A DNA stretch of 64,000 bases from Candidatus Parcubacteria bacterium (lineage in GTDB: Bacteria; Patescibacteriota; Patescibacteriia; Patescibacteriales; UBA12465). Position numbers and translations under genes: made by a program. Under the pieces are notes generated by a model. It saw nothing but the letters and a program-made list of their open reading frames with translations, was not told the origin of the DNA and did not search any database. The stretch lies in NCBI GenBank assembly GCA_037076615.1, contig AP029158.1:325470-389469 (forward strand), in the 5' to 3' direction. The first letter of the stretch is position 1. Each line of letters begins with the position of its first letter. Below are positions 35,582 through 44,038 of the stretch, one piece after another.

Positions 35582-36505
35582 ATGAAAAAGAATGTAATTT
35601 TTGGCATTGTTATCGCCGTTCTATTGATAGCCTTAGCTATCTGCGGATTGGGTTACTGTAACCGACAATCAACCAGTGATGAAGCTCAGCAAGAGCAATT
35701 GGCACAACTTCAAGCACAAAAAAGTGCCGCCGCTTTAAGAGCTGATAGCTTGCAAAAAGCCTTGAATGAATGTTTAGGAATTTTAAGTCCTGAAGATTCA
35801 TTGAAGCTTCAGATTAAGAACTTGGAAAAAGAGGTCGCTAGCCTGAAAAAGAGACCGGCGCCTGCTCCTAAAAAGCAAGATGTGGTTGTTGCTACTTTTG
35901 ATGAAACATTCAAAAGGAGCCAACCGACAGTTCAACAGAGAAGCGTTGAGCAATTTTCTCCGGCTGACACTCGCTTACCAATTACTGATTTTGAAGGTGA
36001 CTTAAGTGGTCAATTTGGGACCACCGTGAATGAAAAAGGCAATCTCGTGTATTACATTAGCCAGGCCTTGATTGATCGTTACAGTGGTAACGGCGCCCCG
36101 CGACTAAATGGTCAAAGTGGGCCGCAATTCTCCTATAACGAAGGTAGTGGTTATTGGGTCTTGGTGGATAATCGCTTGATTGCTCCCGAGCAAATCAGCT
36201 CCGATGCTCATTTGATTAGATGGAATGTCTATATTGGACAAATTAATCACAATTTGGGCTCTTACCCCGCCTTCTTGCCACATGAAAGCTTAAAAGCTTT
36301 GATTGTTAAAGCAAGAGGACAAGAGTATGGAGAAATTACTGCCGAGGACTTGAAATTAATGGCTCAAGAAAATGACATGATTGCTCAAGGCTTAATAAAG
36401 CCACTGAGAATTAATTCTAATCCTGGACGCAACAATGAGAATTTCTGGCACGGCTGGGATTTTGTAACCCAAATCTTTGCCAGAACAAAGACCATGATTA
36501 ACTAA
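35582..36505 (+). CDS. Membrane-anchored coiled-coil hypothetical protein
   Basis: N-terminal transmembrane helix, a Gln/Ala-rich coiled-coil segment, then a globular C-terminal domain. No motif was recognised. Confidence 0.55.
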   Translation: MKKNVIFGIVIAVLLIALAICGLGYCNRQSTSDEAQQEQLAQLQAQKSAAALRADSLQKALNECLGILSPEDSLKLQIKNLEKEVASLKKRPAPAPKKQDVVVATFDETFKRSQPTVQQRSVEQFSPADTRLPITDFEGDLSGQFGTTVNEKGNLVYYISQALIDRYSGNGAPRLNGQSGPQFSYNEGSGYWVLVDNRLIAPEQISSDAHLIRWNVYIGQINHNLGSYPAFLPHESLKALIVKARGQEYGEITAEDLKLMAQENDMIAQGLIKPLRINSNPGRNNENFWHGWDFVTQIFARTKTMIN

Positions 36506-36532
36506 TTGGAAACTTGGTAACTAATACCAAAT

Positions 36533-36561
36533 AAAGGGCTTCGCAACGAAGTCCTTTTTTC
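36533..36561 (+). terminator. Intrinsic terminator
   Basis: GGGCTTCG-CAA-CGAAGTCC stem followed by T6. Confidence 0.75.
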
Positions 36562-36585
36562 TTTGGTCTTAAATTTTTTAATAAG

Positions 36586-36618
36586 AAAAAAACCTCAGCC
36601 ATTGTGACTGAGGTTTTT
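36586..36618. terminator. Bidirectional intrinsic terminator
   Basis: ACCTCAG / CTGAGGT stem flanked by A7 and T5 runs. Confidence 0.75.
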
Positions 36619-36625
36619 AGTTTGT

Positions 36626-37594
36626 TTAATAATTTTTAATTACCGCTTTGCCATTCTCAATTCTAATATAGAAGACAAATAGGTAGTCGGTAGTCCAGTA
36701 GGGAGAAGTTGGATCCCAGGCCCAATTACAATCATCATAATTGAATTTAGTGTAACCATCTTTTAACTGAGTCCAAGAAAGTCGAAATTTTCCGGGCAGA
36801 GAAGAGAACTTAAATTTAAAATAAGCCGTTTCATTGATAGTTTCTCTTTCGGTTATTTCGTAATCTTTCCAATAAGCGCCGGGGATTTCACCGCTCACAT
36901 AGGTTTTTTTGTCCGGCGTCCAATTGGGAAGGACAGATGCTTTAAAGCCTAAGGTTCCATAGATGAAGCCGTTATCAACGCGAGACTCAAGCAAAATGAT
37001 TGCTGGTTCAGACACCTTAACAACTTTTACGACCGTGCTTAGTTGGCGGTTTTTAAACTTTGCCTTTATGGTATAAGAACCATAATCATTGTAACTGGCT
37101 TTTGGTTGATAACCTTGGATTTGACGATCATCACCCAGGTTAAAGGAGCTATAAATATCTCCTCCTAAAGAGCTAGAAACTTTAAATTTTAATTCTTCTC
37201 CTTTGGCAACTTGGATCAAGTCAGCGCTTTGATCGTTAACTTTGAGCTTATATTCATCGGCCACGAAGACGTTTAAAAAATAATTCTTCTCTGCAACTGT
37301 CGCTGTTAATTTGAATTTTCCTTGTTGGTTAAAGGTTAGGCCTAATAGTGAATTTTCTTTCTGGGGTTCGCTAAAGTGCCAAGTCGCTGACATTTTCTTT
37401 CCGCCAATTAAAAGCTCAAAGGTAGCGGTTTCTTTGGTTTGGGAATATACCGTATCACTAGGGGCAAAAACTTCGCCATTAACCCTAAAACTCACCTCGC
37501 CGGTAACCGGGAGTCCAGTCCCCTCAGGGATGTCGTCTTTTGAACAAGCGGCCATAAATAATGCAGCCAACAAAAAAACAGAAAACTTTTTCAT
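36626..37594 (-). CDS. Lipoprotein with repeated Ig/PKD-like beta domains
   Basis: Signal plus lipobox LFMAAC, followed by SKDD. It is beta-rich with repeated GxxxxF/K.K.S-type segments. Confidence 0.55.
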   Translation of the reverse strand: MKKFSVFLLAALFMAACSKDDIPEGTGLPVTGEVSFRVNGEVFAPSDTVYSQTKETATFELLIGGKKMSATWHFSEPQKENSLLGLTFNQQGKFKLTATVAEKNYFLNVFVADEYKLKVNDQSADLIQVAKGEELKFKVSSSLGGDIYSSFNLGDDRQIQGYQPKASYNDYGSYTIKAKFKNRQLSTVVKVVKVSEPAIILLESRVDNGFIYGTLGFKASVLPNWTPDKKTYVSGEIPGAYWKDYEITERETINETAYFKFKFSSLPGKFRLSWTQLKDGYTKFNYDDCNWAWDPTSPYWTTDYLFVFYIRIENGKAVIKNY

Positions 37595-37630
37595 CTCTTT
37601 ATCTCCTCTATTTAGTGTTATTAAATTTTT

Positions 37631-37673
37631 AAAAAACTAGAGCTCAGGAGCCGACTAATCAGCCACTGAGCTC
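37631..37673 (-). terminator. Intrinsic terminator of the GT4 gene 37707-38864
   Basis: 8-bp stem GAGCTCAG / CTGAGCTC, followed on the minus strand by TAG and T6. Confidence 0.6.
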
Positions 37674-37706
37674 CAAGAAAAACTAAAGGTTTTTCAAGGA
37701 TTAATA

Positions 37707-38864
37707 TTATTTTGGTAAAGCGGGAGAAGGAGTAACCGAGGCTCTTACTTTATTTTTAGTTAAGACCTCTGTATAGGCGATAATCATATCTTGAGCAATT
37801 TTTCCGGCTTCATATTCTTTTTTAACACGCTCCAGGGCGGCATTCCCGAAAGCCGCTAATTGTTCTGGCTGGTCTAAGAGTGCTTGTAATTTATTGCGTA
37901 AATCTTCATAATTGCGATCTTCAAAATAAACACCGGCGTCAGCTAAACCTTCGGCATTAGAGTCAATATTGGAGACGACACAAGGCCGAGCGTAAGACAT
38001 CGCCTCAATTAAAGCGAAAGAAAGTCCTTCCGACTCTGAAGGTTGAACGAAAATAGCAGCGTTAGAATAAAGCTCTTTTAAGGTTTGTCCGGTTTGATTG
38101 CCAGTAAAGATAATACTGGGATTGCCAGCGGCTAATTCTTTTAATTCCGTAACATAATCATCAGTGAAAGAACCATCGCCAACGATGACTAATTTTTTGT
38201 CAGTTTTTAATTCTTGGTAGGCCTTAATCAAATAATGAATACCTTTGTGGCGCACTAAGCGGCCGATAGAAACCAAGTAGCTATCTTTAGTTAAGCCCCA
38301 TTGTTTGGTAATTTCATCAGCCGGCGCTAAAGAACTAACTTGTGCCGAGGACGGAATGCAGAGCGCTTCGGCTCCATAATGGTCCTTGGCATACTGAGCT
38401 AAAGATTTGGAGACGGTAAAAACTTTGTCGGCTAAACGATTGCCGACCACTTCACCAAATTTTAAATACCACTTCGCAAAATGCCCCCATTTCTTATGAT
38501 AATAATCCTGGCAGTGAAAAGTAAAAACAACTTTCGTGCGCGGTTTTAAAAGTTTCGCCAGCCAGAGCAGGGAACCAGGACCAATTGATTGAATGTGAAT
38601 AATATCGTAACGACGGCGAACCAAATCTAAACAAGCAAAAAAGGTTGAAGTAATCGCATCAAGATTTTTTGAAGCGATTGCCGGCGTGGTAATAATTCTA
38701 ATTCCATTCCACTCTTTCAACTTTTCCGTATTATAAGAGGACCGGGAATAAACCGTTACATCGTGGCCCGCCTTAACCATGTTCGTCGCTAAATTTTCTA
38801 CATAACGTTCGACGCCACCGGTTTTAGTAGGAATCCCTTTTTGTCCGATAAAGGCAATTTTCAT
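37707..38864 (-). CDS. Glycosyltransferase family 4 (DUF1972-type N-terminus)
   Basis: MKIAFIGQKGIPTKTGGVERYVENLA N-terminus and a C-terminal FVQPSESEGLSFALIEAMSYARPCVVS E-x7-E region. Confidence 0.85.
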   Translation of the reverse strand: MKIAFIGQKGIPTKTGGVERYVENLATNMVKAGHDVTVYSRSSYNTEKLKEWNGIRIITTPAIASKNLDAITSTFFACLDLVRRRYDIIHIQSIGPGSLLWLAKLLKPRTKVVFTFHCQDYYHKKWGHFAKWYLKFGEVVGNRLADKVFTVSKSLAQYAKDHYGAEALCIPSSAQVSSLAPADEITKQWGLTKDSYLVSIGRLVRHKGIHYLIKAYQELKTDKKLVIVGDGSFTDDYVTELKELAAGNPSIIFTGNQTGQTLKELYSNAAIFVQPSESEGLSFALIEAMSYARPCVVSNIDSNAEGLADAGVYFEDRNYEDLRNKLQALLDQPEQLAAFGNAALERVKKEYEAGKIAQDMIIAYTEVLTKNKVRASVTPSPALPK

Positions 38865-38880
38865 ATGTTTGTCTATTTAA

Positions 38881-38942
38881 AAGATAGAATTTATTGCTTA
38901 ATTTGTCAATACTATTATATAATAATTCTCTAATTTTGTCAA
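38881..38942 (-). promoter_or_regulatory. Two tandem consensus promoters for the GT4 gene
   Basis: On the minus strand the distal promoter is TTGACA (38937-38942), 17 nt, TATAAT (38914-38919). The proximal promoter is TTGACA (38904-38909), 17 nt, TATCTT (38881-38886). Confidence 0.6.
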
Positions 38943-38962
38943 GAGCAGGGGGCGCTGACATC

Positions 38963-38993
38963 AAAAAAAGACCATCGGCCTTAGATGGTCTTT
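38963..38993 (-). terminator. Intrinsic terminator of corA
   Basis: GACCATC / GATGGTC stem followed on the minus strand by T7. Confidence 0.8.
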
Positions 38994-39015
38994 AAGAAAT
39001 CTTTATTTTATTTAA

Positions 39016-39981
39016 TTATAGCCACTTATTTCGCTTAAAGAGCGATAAAAGGCCCAGTAGAGAGGCGAGCATAATACCGGTAATAATCCAAAAACCATTG
39101 GAGTGGTTGACGATTGGCATATCTTTGGCGTTCATTCCAAAGATTCCGGTGATTAAGGTTAAAGGTAACATCAAGACGGAGAAGATGGTAAGCATCATCA
39201 TAATATCGTTTGTCTTGTTGTTAAGCAGTGATTCATTGGTGTCATGTAGAGCTTCTACTAACTCACGTTGCATATCTAAAATATCCCAGATCTGCCGGGA
39301 GTGCTCCTCTAAATCTTCGTAGTGTCTTTGAATGGACTCACGTGGCACTAGATTACTTTTCATCTCCTGGAGAGATTGCATGATCGTGGCGTGGTTCTTG
39401 GTAATTTTGCGGACATTGATGATGTTGCGCCGGAGGGTTAATATTTTTCCGGCTGCTGCCTTGGGCTTACCATCAAAAATAATTTCTTCGGTCTCAGTAA
39501 TGTTAACACTGTTGTGATCGAGAATGTTATAGGTATCCCTGATTAGACGGCTAAGAAGTTCGTAAAGAAGCGTGCTGGAGCTTTCGGTTTGAAAAGCTAA
39601 TAATTCTTGAGGATGTTCCTGACAGTAAGTAAAAAATTTATTAAGCGGTTTTAAATTATTATTATGCAAAGTAATGAGATAACCGTGGCCAATAAAAAAT
39701 TCAATTTCTCCAGCCACAACTTTTTCGCCTTGGAAGGTAGGGAAGTGGAGAATGATAAAAATATAACCATCTTTTACCTCCACCATCGGCCGTTGGGCGA
39801 TATTGGTAGAAATAGAGGCTTGTAAATGGTCATCAGCAAAACCAAATTTTTTCTTAAAATAGTTTATTTCGTGGCGGCCGGCGTCAACAATATTTATCCA
39901 GCGTAACGCATAGCCGGGACTACTGGGGTTGTCAATTCGAACCTCTTGAATTCGTTTGGGAACCCGCTCTTTTTTGGTCAT
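39016..39981 (-). CDS. corA: CorA-family magnesium/cobalt transporter
   Basis: Two C-terminal transmembrane helices with the signature GIFGMN loop, and a typical length (321 aa). Confidence 0.9.
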   Translation of the reverse strand: MTKKERVPKRIQEVRIDNPSSPGYALRWINIVDAGRHEINYFKKKFGFADDHLQASISTNIAQRPMVEVKDGYIFIILHFPTFQGEKVVAGEIEFFIGHGYLITLHNNNLKPLNKFFTYCQEHPQELLAFQTESSSTLLYELLSRLIRDTYNILDHNSVNITETEEIIFDGKPKAAAGKILTLRRNIINVRKITKNHATIMQSLQEMKSNLVPRESIQRHYEDLEEHSRQIWDILDMQRELVEALHDTNESLLNNKTNDIMMMLTIFSVLMLPLTLITGIFGMNAKDMPIVNHSNGFWIITGIMLASLLGLLSLFKRNKWL

Positions 39982-40052
39982 ATTTCTTTACGAAAGTGAG
40001 TATTTATAATAAAATAAAGCCATTGACGCGATTATTTCTTAAAGTATATCAT

Positions 40053-41231
40053 ATGGCCAGAATTTTGGGAATAAAAATTAGCATTCTAAATAGACAAGAA
40101 ATCAGTGAACGCTGGGATCTTTTTTTAACATCGGACCGGCCACACTTAGTTACCACTCCTAATCCAGAAATTATTTTGGCGGCCAGAAAAGATGAGGAGT
40201 ATTTTTATATTTTAAATCAAGCCGATTTGGCAATAGCTGACGGGTTTGGTTTAGTTTTGGCAGGTCATTTAGGTGGAAAAAAATTTACTCGGCTAACCGG
40301 TTCGGATATTACTCCGGAATTATTAACTAAGGCGGAGAAAGAAGCTTATCCGGTAGCAGTTTTAAATTGGAATGCCGGCCTTTCCTCGGCTGTAGAAATT
40401 GATAATGCTCTTAAGTTAAAATGGCCGCAATTAAATTCTAAAGTTTTAGATATCCCCCGTGAAGTTCGCTTAACAGAATCAGAATTAAAAGTTTTAGAAA
40501 ATTTTGCGCCAAAAATAGTTTTTTGTACTTTAGGGGCCCCTTGGCAAGAAAAACTTTTGTGGCGCAGCTTACCACAACTAAAAAGCACGCGAATTGCCAT
40601 CGGGATTGGCGGTTCCTTTGATTTTATAACCAGAAAAGCGATTCGGGCGCCACAGTTTTGGCGGCAACTTGGTTTAGAATGGCTCTGGCGTTTAATTAAG
40701 CAACCGCGCCGCTTTAAGAGAATCTGGCGAGCAACGGTTGTCTTTGGTCTAAAGGTTTTGAAGGAAACTTTAATCAATCCTTTAGTTTATCGGCACAATG
40801 TGGTAATTTTAATTTACTCGATTATCGGTAAGCAGCCGCGAATTTTAATTGTTAAGCGCCAGGATGAGCCGGGACATTGGCAACTGCCCCAAGGCGGTAC
40901 CGATGGCCAGGGCCTTAAAAAAGGGGGCTTGCGCGAAGCCCGCGAAGAATTAGGGCTAAGCAATTTACAAGTTAAAGGTGTTTATCCGCATCTACATTCT
41001 TATCGTTTTAAAAGTGGGCGCAATAAAAAAACTAATTACAAAGGTCAACGTCAAGGACTTTTAATCGCTGAGTTTCTAGGTAGTGATGATGAAGTAGCTA
41101 TCAATTATTGGGATCACAGCGCTTGGCGCTGGGTCAAGCCCGAAGATTTAGTGGCCTCGGTCCATCCGCATCGTCAAGCGGGCGCCCAAAAATTTCTTAA
41201 TAAATTTTTAGAAACTATAAAATATGAATAA
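40053..41231 (+). CDS. WecG/TagA/CpsF-family (GT26) glycosyltransferase fused to a C-terminal NUDIX-like domain
   Basis: The N-terminal about 250 aa match GT26 (TPNPEIILAARKDEEY..ADLAIADGFGLV ... EWLWRLIKQPRRFKR). The C-terminal about 140 aa carry GGTDGQGLKKGGLREAREELGL, a NUDIX-box variant. The start was chosen at ATG 40053 (MARILGIK). Confidence 0.72.
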   Translation: MARILGIKISILNRQEISERWDLFLTSDRPHLVTTPNPEIILAARKDEEYFYILNQADLAIADGFGLVLAGHLGGKKFTRLTGSDITPELLTKAEKEAYPVAVLNWNAGLSSAVEIDNALKLKWPQLNSKVLDIPREVRLTESELKVLENFAPKIVFCTLGAPWQEKLLWRSLPQLKSTRIAIGIGGSFDFITRKAIRAPQFWRQLGLEWLWRLIKQPRRFKRIWRATVVFGLKVLKETLINPLVYRHNVVILIYSIIGKQPRILIVKRQDEPGHWQLPQGGTDGQGLKKGGLREAREELGLSNLQVKGVYPHLHSYRFKSGRNKKTNYKGQRQGLLIAEFLGSDDEVAINYWDHSAWRWVKPEDLVASVHPHRQAGAQKFLNKFLETIKYE

Positions 41232-42714
41232 TCATCAGCCTCCCGTGCGAATTCGTTTTGCCCCGTCACCAACAGGCTTTTTACACATCGGCAACTTTCG
41301 CGTCGCTCTTTTTGATTATCTAATCGCCAAAAACTTAGGCGGTGATTTTATCTTGCGCATTGAGGATACTGATCAAAAAAGAGAAGTTCCGGGAGCGGCC
41401 GAAAAATTAATTAAGGTTTTAAAAAGTTTTTCTTTGAGTTTTGATGAGGGGCCGCATGTCGGCGGCGATTTTGGTCCCTATATTCAAAGCCAACGCTTAG
41501 AAATCTATCAAGAAGAAGTCAAGAAATTATTAACAAGTGGTAAAGCTTATCGCTGTTTTTGTTCGGAGGAACGTCTGGTCGCTAGACGAGCGGAACAGGA
41601 GGCGAACAAAGAGGCGCCGCGTTATGATCGCCACTGTCGCGACTTAACCCCAGCCGAAAGCGAGGCGCGGGCCGCCGCCGGTGAGCCCTTCGTCATTCGT
41701 CAGAAAATGCCGCTCTCCGGAAAAACTACCGTTTTTGATGAACTTCGGGGCGAAATTACTTTTAACAACGCTGATTTAGATGACCAAGTCTTAATTAAGT
41801 CTAACGGGGTACCGACTTATCAATTCGCAAATGTTGTTGATGACCATTTAATGGGAATTACTCATGTTACCCGTGGCGATGAGTGGCTATCTTCCTTCCC
41901 GAAAAATATTTTACTATACCAAGATTTTGGTTGGACGCCGCCGCGCTTTATCCATTTTCCTTTAATTTTAAATAAAGAAGGCGGGGGTAAATTAAGTAAG
42001 CGCAAAGGCGATGTTTTTGTGGAAGATTATTTAGCGAAAGGCTACTTGCCGGAAGCCTTGATAAATTTTTGCGCTCTTTTAGGCTGGCATCCTAAGGACG
42101 ACCAAGAAATTCTTAGTCTAAAGGAGTTAGTGGGGTGTTTTAATTATCGCGACATTGGTGTTTCGCCGGCGGTCTTTGATTTAGAAAAATTGAATTATTA
42201 TAACGGTTATTATATCCGCCAACGTGATTTGGCTGAGTTGGTGGAACTTTGTCGTCCTTATTTAGAAACGGCGGGTTATGATTTGGCGGCCGCCGATTTA
42301 AAGGCAGTTATTGCTGTTAGCCGCGATCGTCTCAAAGTTTTAAATGAAATTGCGCCGCTCACTCATTATTTTTTCAAGGAGCCGGAATATGATGTTAGTC
42401 TTCTGATTTGGAAGAACTTAAGCCCCACTCAAGTTCAAGAAAATCTCAAAGAATTATTAATTGTTTTAAAAGAAGTTCCCGAGACGGAGTGGAATAAGGA
42501 AAATCTTGAAGAAGTTATTTTGTCTTATCTTAAAGAAAAAAACCATAAAAATGGTGATTTTCTTTGGCCTTGGCGCGTCGCTCTAACAGGTGAGAAAGCG
42601 AGCCCGAGTCCTTTTGAGGTGGCCGCGGTACTCGGAAAAAGGCAGGCCGAGGCTCGTCTTAAGAGCGCCATCAACCGCCTGTCTAAAGGTGGCCACAATA
42701 GTTATACAGCTTAA
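41224..42714 (+). CDS. gltX: Glutamyl-tRNA synthetase
   Basis: RFAPSPTGFLHIGNFR (HIGH) and KLSKR (KMSKS). The start overlaps the previous gene by 8 nt. Confidence 0.93.
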   Translation: MNNHQPPVRIRFAPSPTGFLHIGNFRVALFDYLIAKNLGGDFILRIEDTDQKREVPGAAEKLIKVLKSFSLSFDEGPHVGGDFGPYIQSQRLEIYQEEVKKLLTSGKAYRCFCSEERLVARRAEQEANKEAPRYDRHCRDLTPAESEARAAAGEPFVIRQKMPLSGKTTVFDELRGEITFNNADLDDQVLIKSNGVPTYQFANVVDDHLMGITHVTRGDEWLSSFPKNILLYQDFGWTPPRFIHFPLILNKEGGGKLSKRKGDVFVEDYLAKGYLPEALINFCALLGWHPKDDQEILSLKELVGCFNYRDIGVSPAVFDLEKLNYYNGYYIRQRDLAELVELCRPYLETAGYDLAAADLKAVIAVSRDRLKVLNEIAPLTHYFFKEPEYDVSLLIWKNLSPTQVQENLKELLIVLKEVPETEWNKENLEEVILSYLKEKNHKNGDFLWPWRVALTGEKASPSPFEVAAVLGKRQAEARLKSAINRLSKGGHNSYTA

Positions 42715-42755
42715 GGATTTTACATAATATCCCAAAAATGTTAAAATCTGAGTAT

Positions 42756-43985
42756 ATGAAGAAAAAATTAGGTTTACTTATATTCACGCTTTTGTTGATA
42801 TGTTTTTTTGCGTACGCTATCCCCTCAGCTTTTTCGCAACCAGCTACTATTGATGACGAAATTACCGAGTTAAATAACCAAATTCAGCAACAGAAGAAGC
42901 AAATGGAAGAAATTAGTAGTCGCCAAAAAGAGTATCAACAAGCAATTAGTGCTAAAAAACGTGATCAGGCCAGTTTAAAAAACCAGCTATCTATTTTAGA
43001 GGATCGGGAAGCGCAAACGCAGCTTGATATAGAAAAAACCAACTTGAATATTGATAAAACTTCTTTAGAGATTAAGAAGTTGGAGTTAGATATGCTGGGG
43101 GTGGACCGAGAAATTGAAAATGATAAGGATAAAATTGGCAACCTGTTGCGTTTGGTCTACAAACAAGATCAAATATCTTCACTAGAAGCCTTATTGCTAA
43201 ATGGGTCCTTGGCGGAATTTTTAAATCAAGCGAAATACTTAGAAAATACCAATGAAAAGATTAGAGAAAGTTTGCAAGAATTGCAGCGCAAAAAAAGTGA
43301 TCTAGACCAGAGTCAGATTTCTTTAGGTGAAAAAAATAAGGAGCTTTTAGCTTTGAAAAAAGAATTAGAAAAGAAAAAAGAAAGCTTAGCTTACGAACAG
43401 GAAAGTAAAGTTATTATTTTGGAAGAAACAAAATCTTCAGAAGAGGAATATCAACGTTTATTAGCGCAAGCAAAAAGAGAACAACAGCAAGCCGAAGCGG
43501 AGATTTCTAGTTTAGAGAAATCCGTCCGGCGCAAAATGTCGGAAAAAGAAAAAAATCAATTAGAGGGAGGATCAACGGATATTGCTTGGCCAACCTCTGG
43601 CCGCTATATCACGACCGGTTTTCATGACCAGGAGTATCCTTACCGAAAAATTATTGGCGAGCACCCGGCCATTGATATTCGCGCCCCCCAAGGAACAACT
43701 TTACGCGCGGCCGGCGATGGTTATGTTGCCCGAGTTAAATATGATGGCACGAATGCTTACGCCTACATCATGATTATTCATAGTAACGGCTTATCGACTG
43801 TTTATGGCCACGTCTCAGCGGTGTCGGTGGAGCAGGATCAATATGTCTTACAGGGCGACAAGATTGGTTTAACCGGTGGAGCGCCGCGCAGTATTGGGGC
43901 GGGTGCTTTTACTACCGGACCGCACTTACATTTTGAAGTTAGAAAAAATGGTATTCCCGTTAACCCTTTAGATTATCTTCCTTAA
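42756..43985 (+). CDS. M23 family peptidase with a long N-terminal coiled coil (EnvC-like)
   Basis: Signal/transmembrane segment, about 250 aa of coiled coil, then HPAIDI ... GPHLHFEV metallopeptidase motifs. The start is at the second ATG (MKKKLGLL). The first ATG, at 42738, is also possible. Confidence 0.85.
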   Translation: MKKKLGLLIFTLLLICFFAYAIPSAFSQPATIDDEITELNNQIQQQKKQMEEISSRQKEYQQAISAKKRDQASLKNQLSILEDREAQTQLDIEKTNLNIDKTSLEIKKLELDMLGVDREIENDKDKIGNLLRLVYKQDQISSLEALLLNGSLAEFLNQAKYLENTNEKIRESLQELQRKKSDLDQSQISLGEKNKELLALKKELEKKKESLAYEQESKVIILEETKSSEEEYQRLLAQAKREQQQAEAEISSLEKSVRRKMSEKEKNQLEGGSTDIAWPTSGRYITTGFHDQEYPYRKIIGEHPAIDIRAPQGTTLRAAGDGYVARVKYDGTNAYAYIMIIHSNGLSTVYGHVSAVSVEQDQYVLQGDKIGLTGGAPRSIGAGAFTTGPHLHFEVRKNGIPVNPLDYLP

Positions 43986-44004
43986 ATGAAAAATAAAGAC
44001 TTTT

Positions 44005-44037
44005 AAAAAACTATCTCCAGAAGAGATAGTTTTTTTT
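44005..44037. terminator. Bidirectional intrinsic terminator at the convergence point of the plus and minus gene blocks
   Basis: CTATCTC-CAGAA-GAGATAG stem flanked by A6 and T8 runs. Confidence 0.85.
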
Positions 44038-44038
44038 A

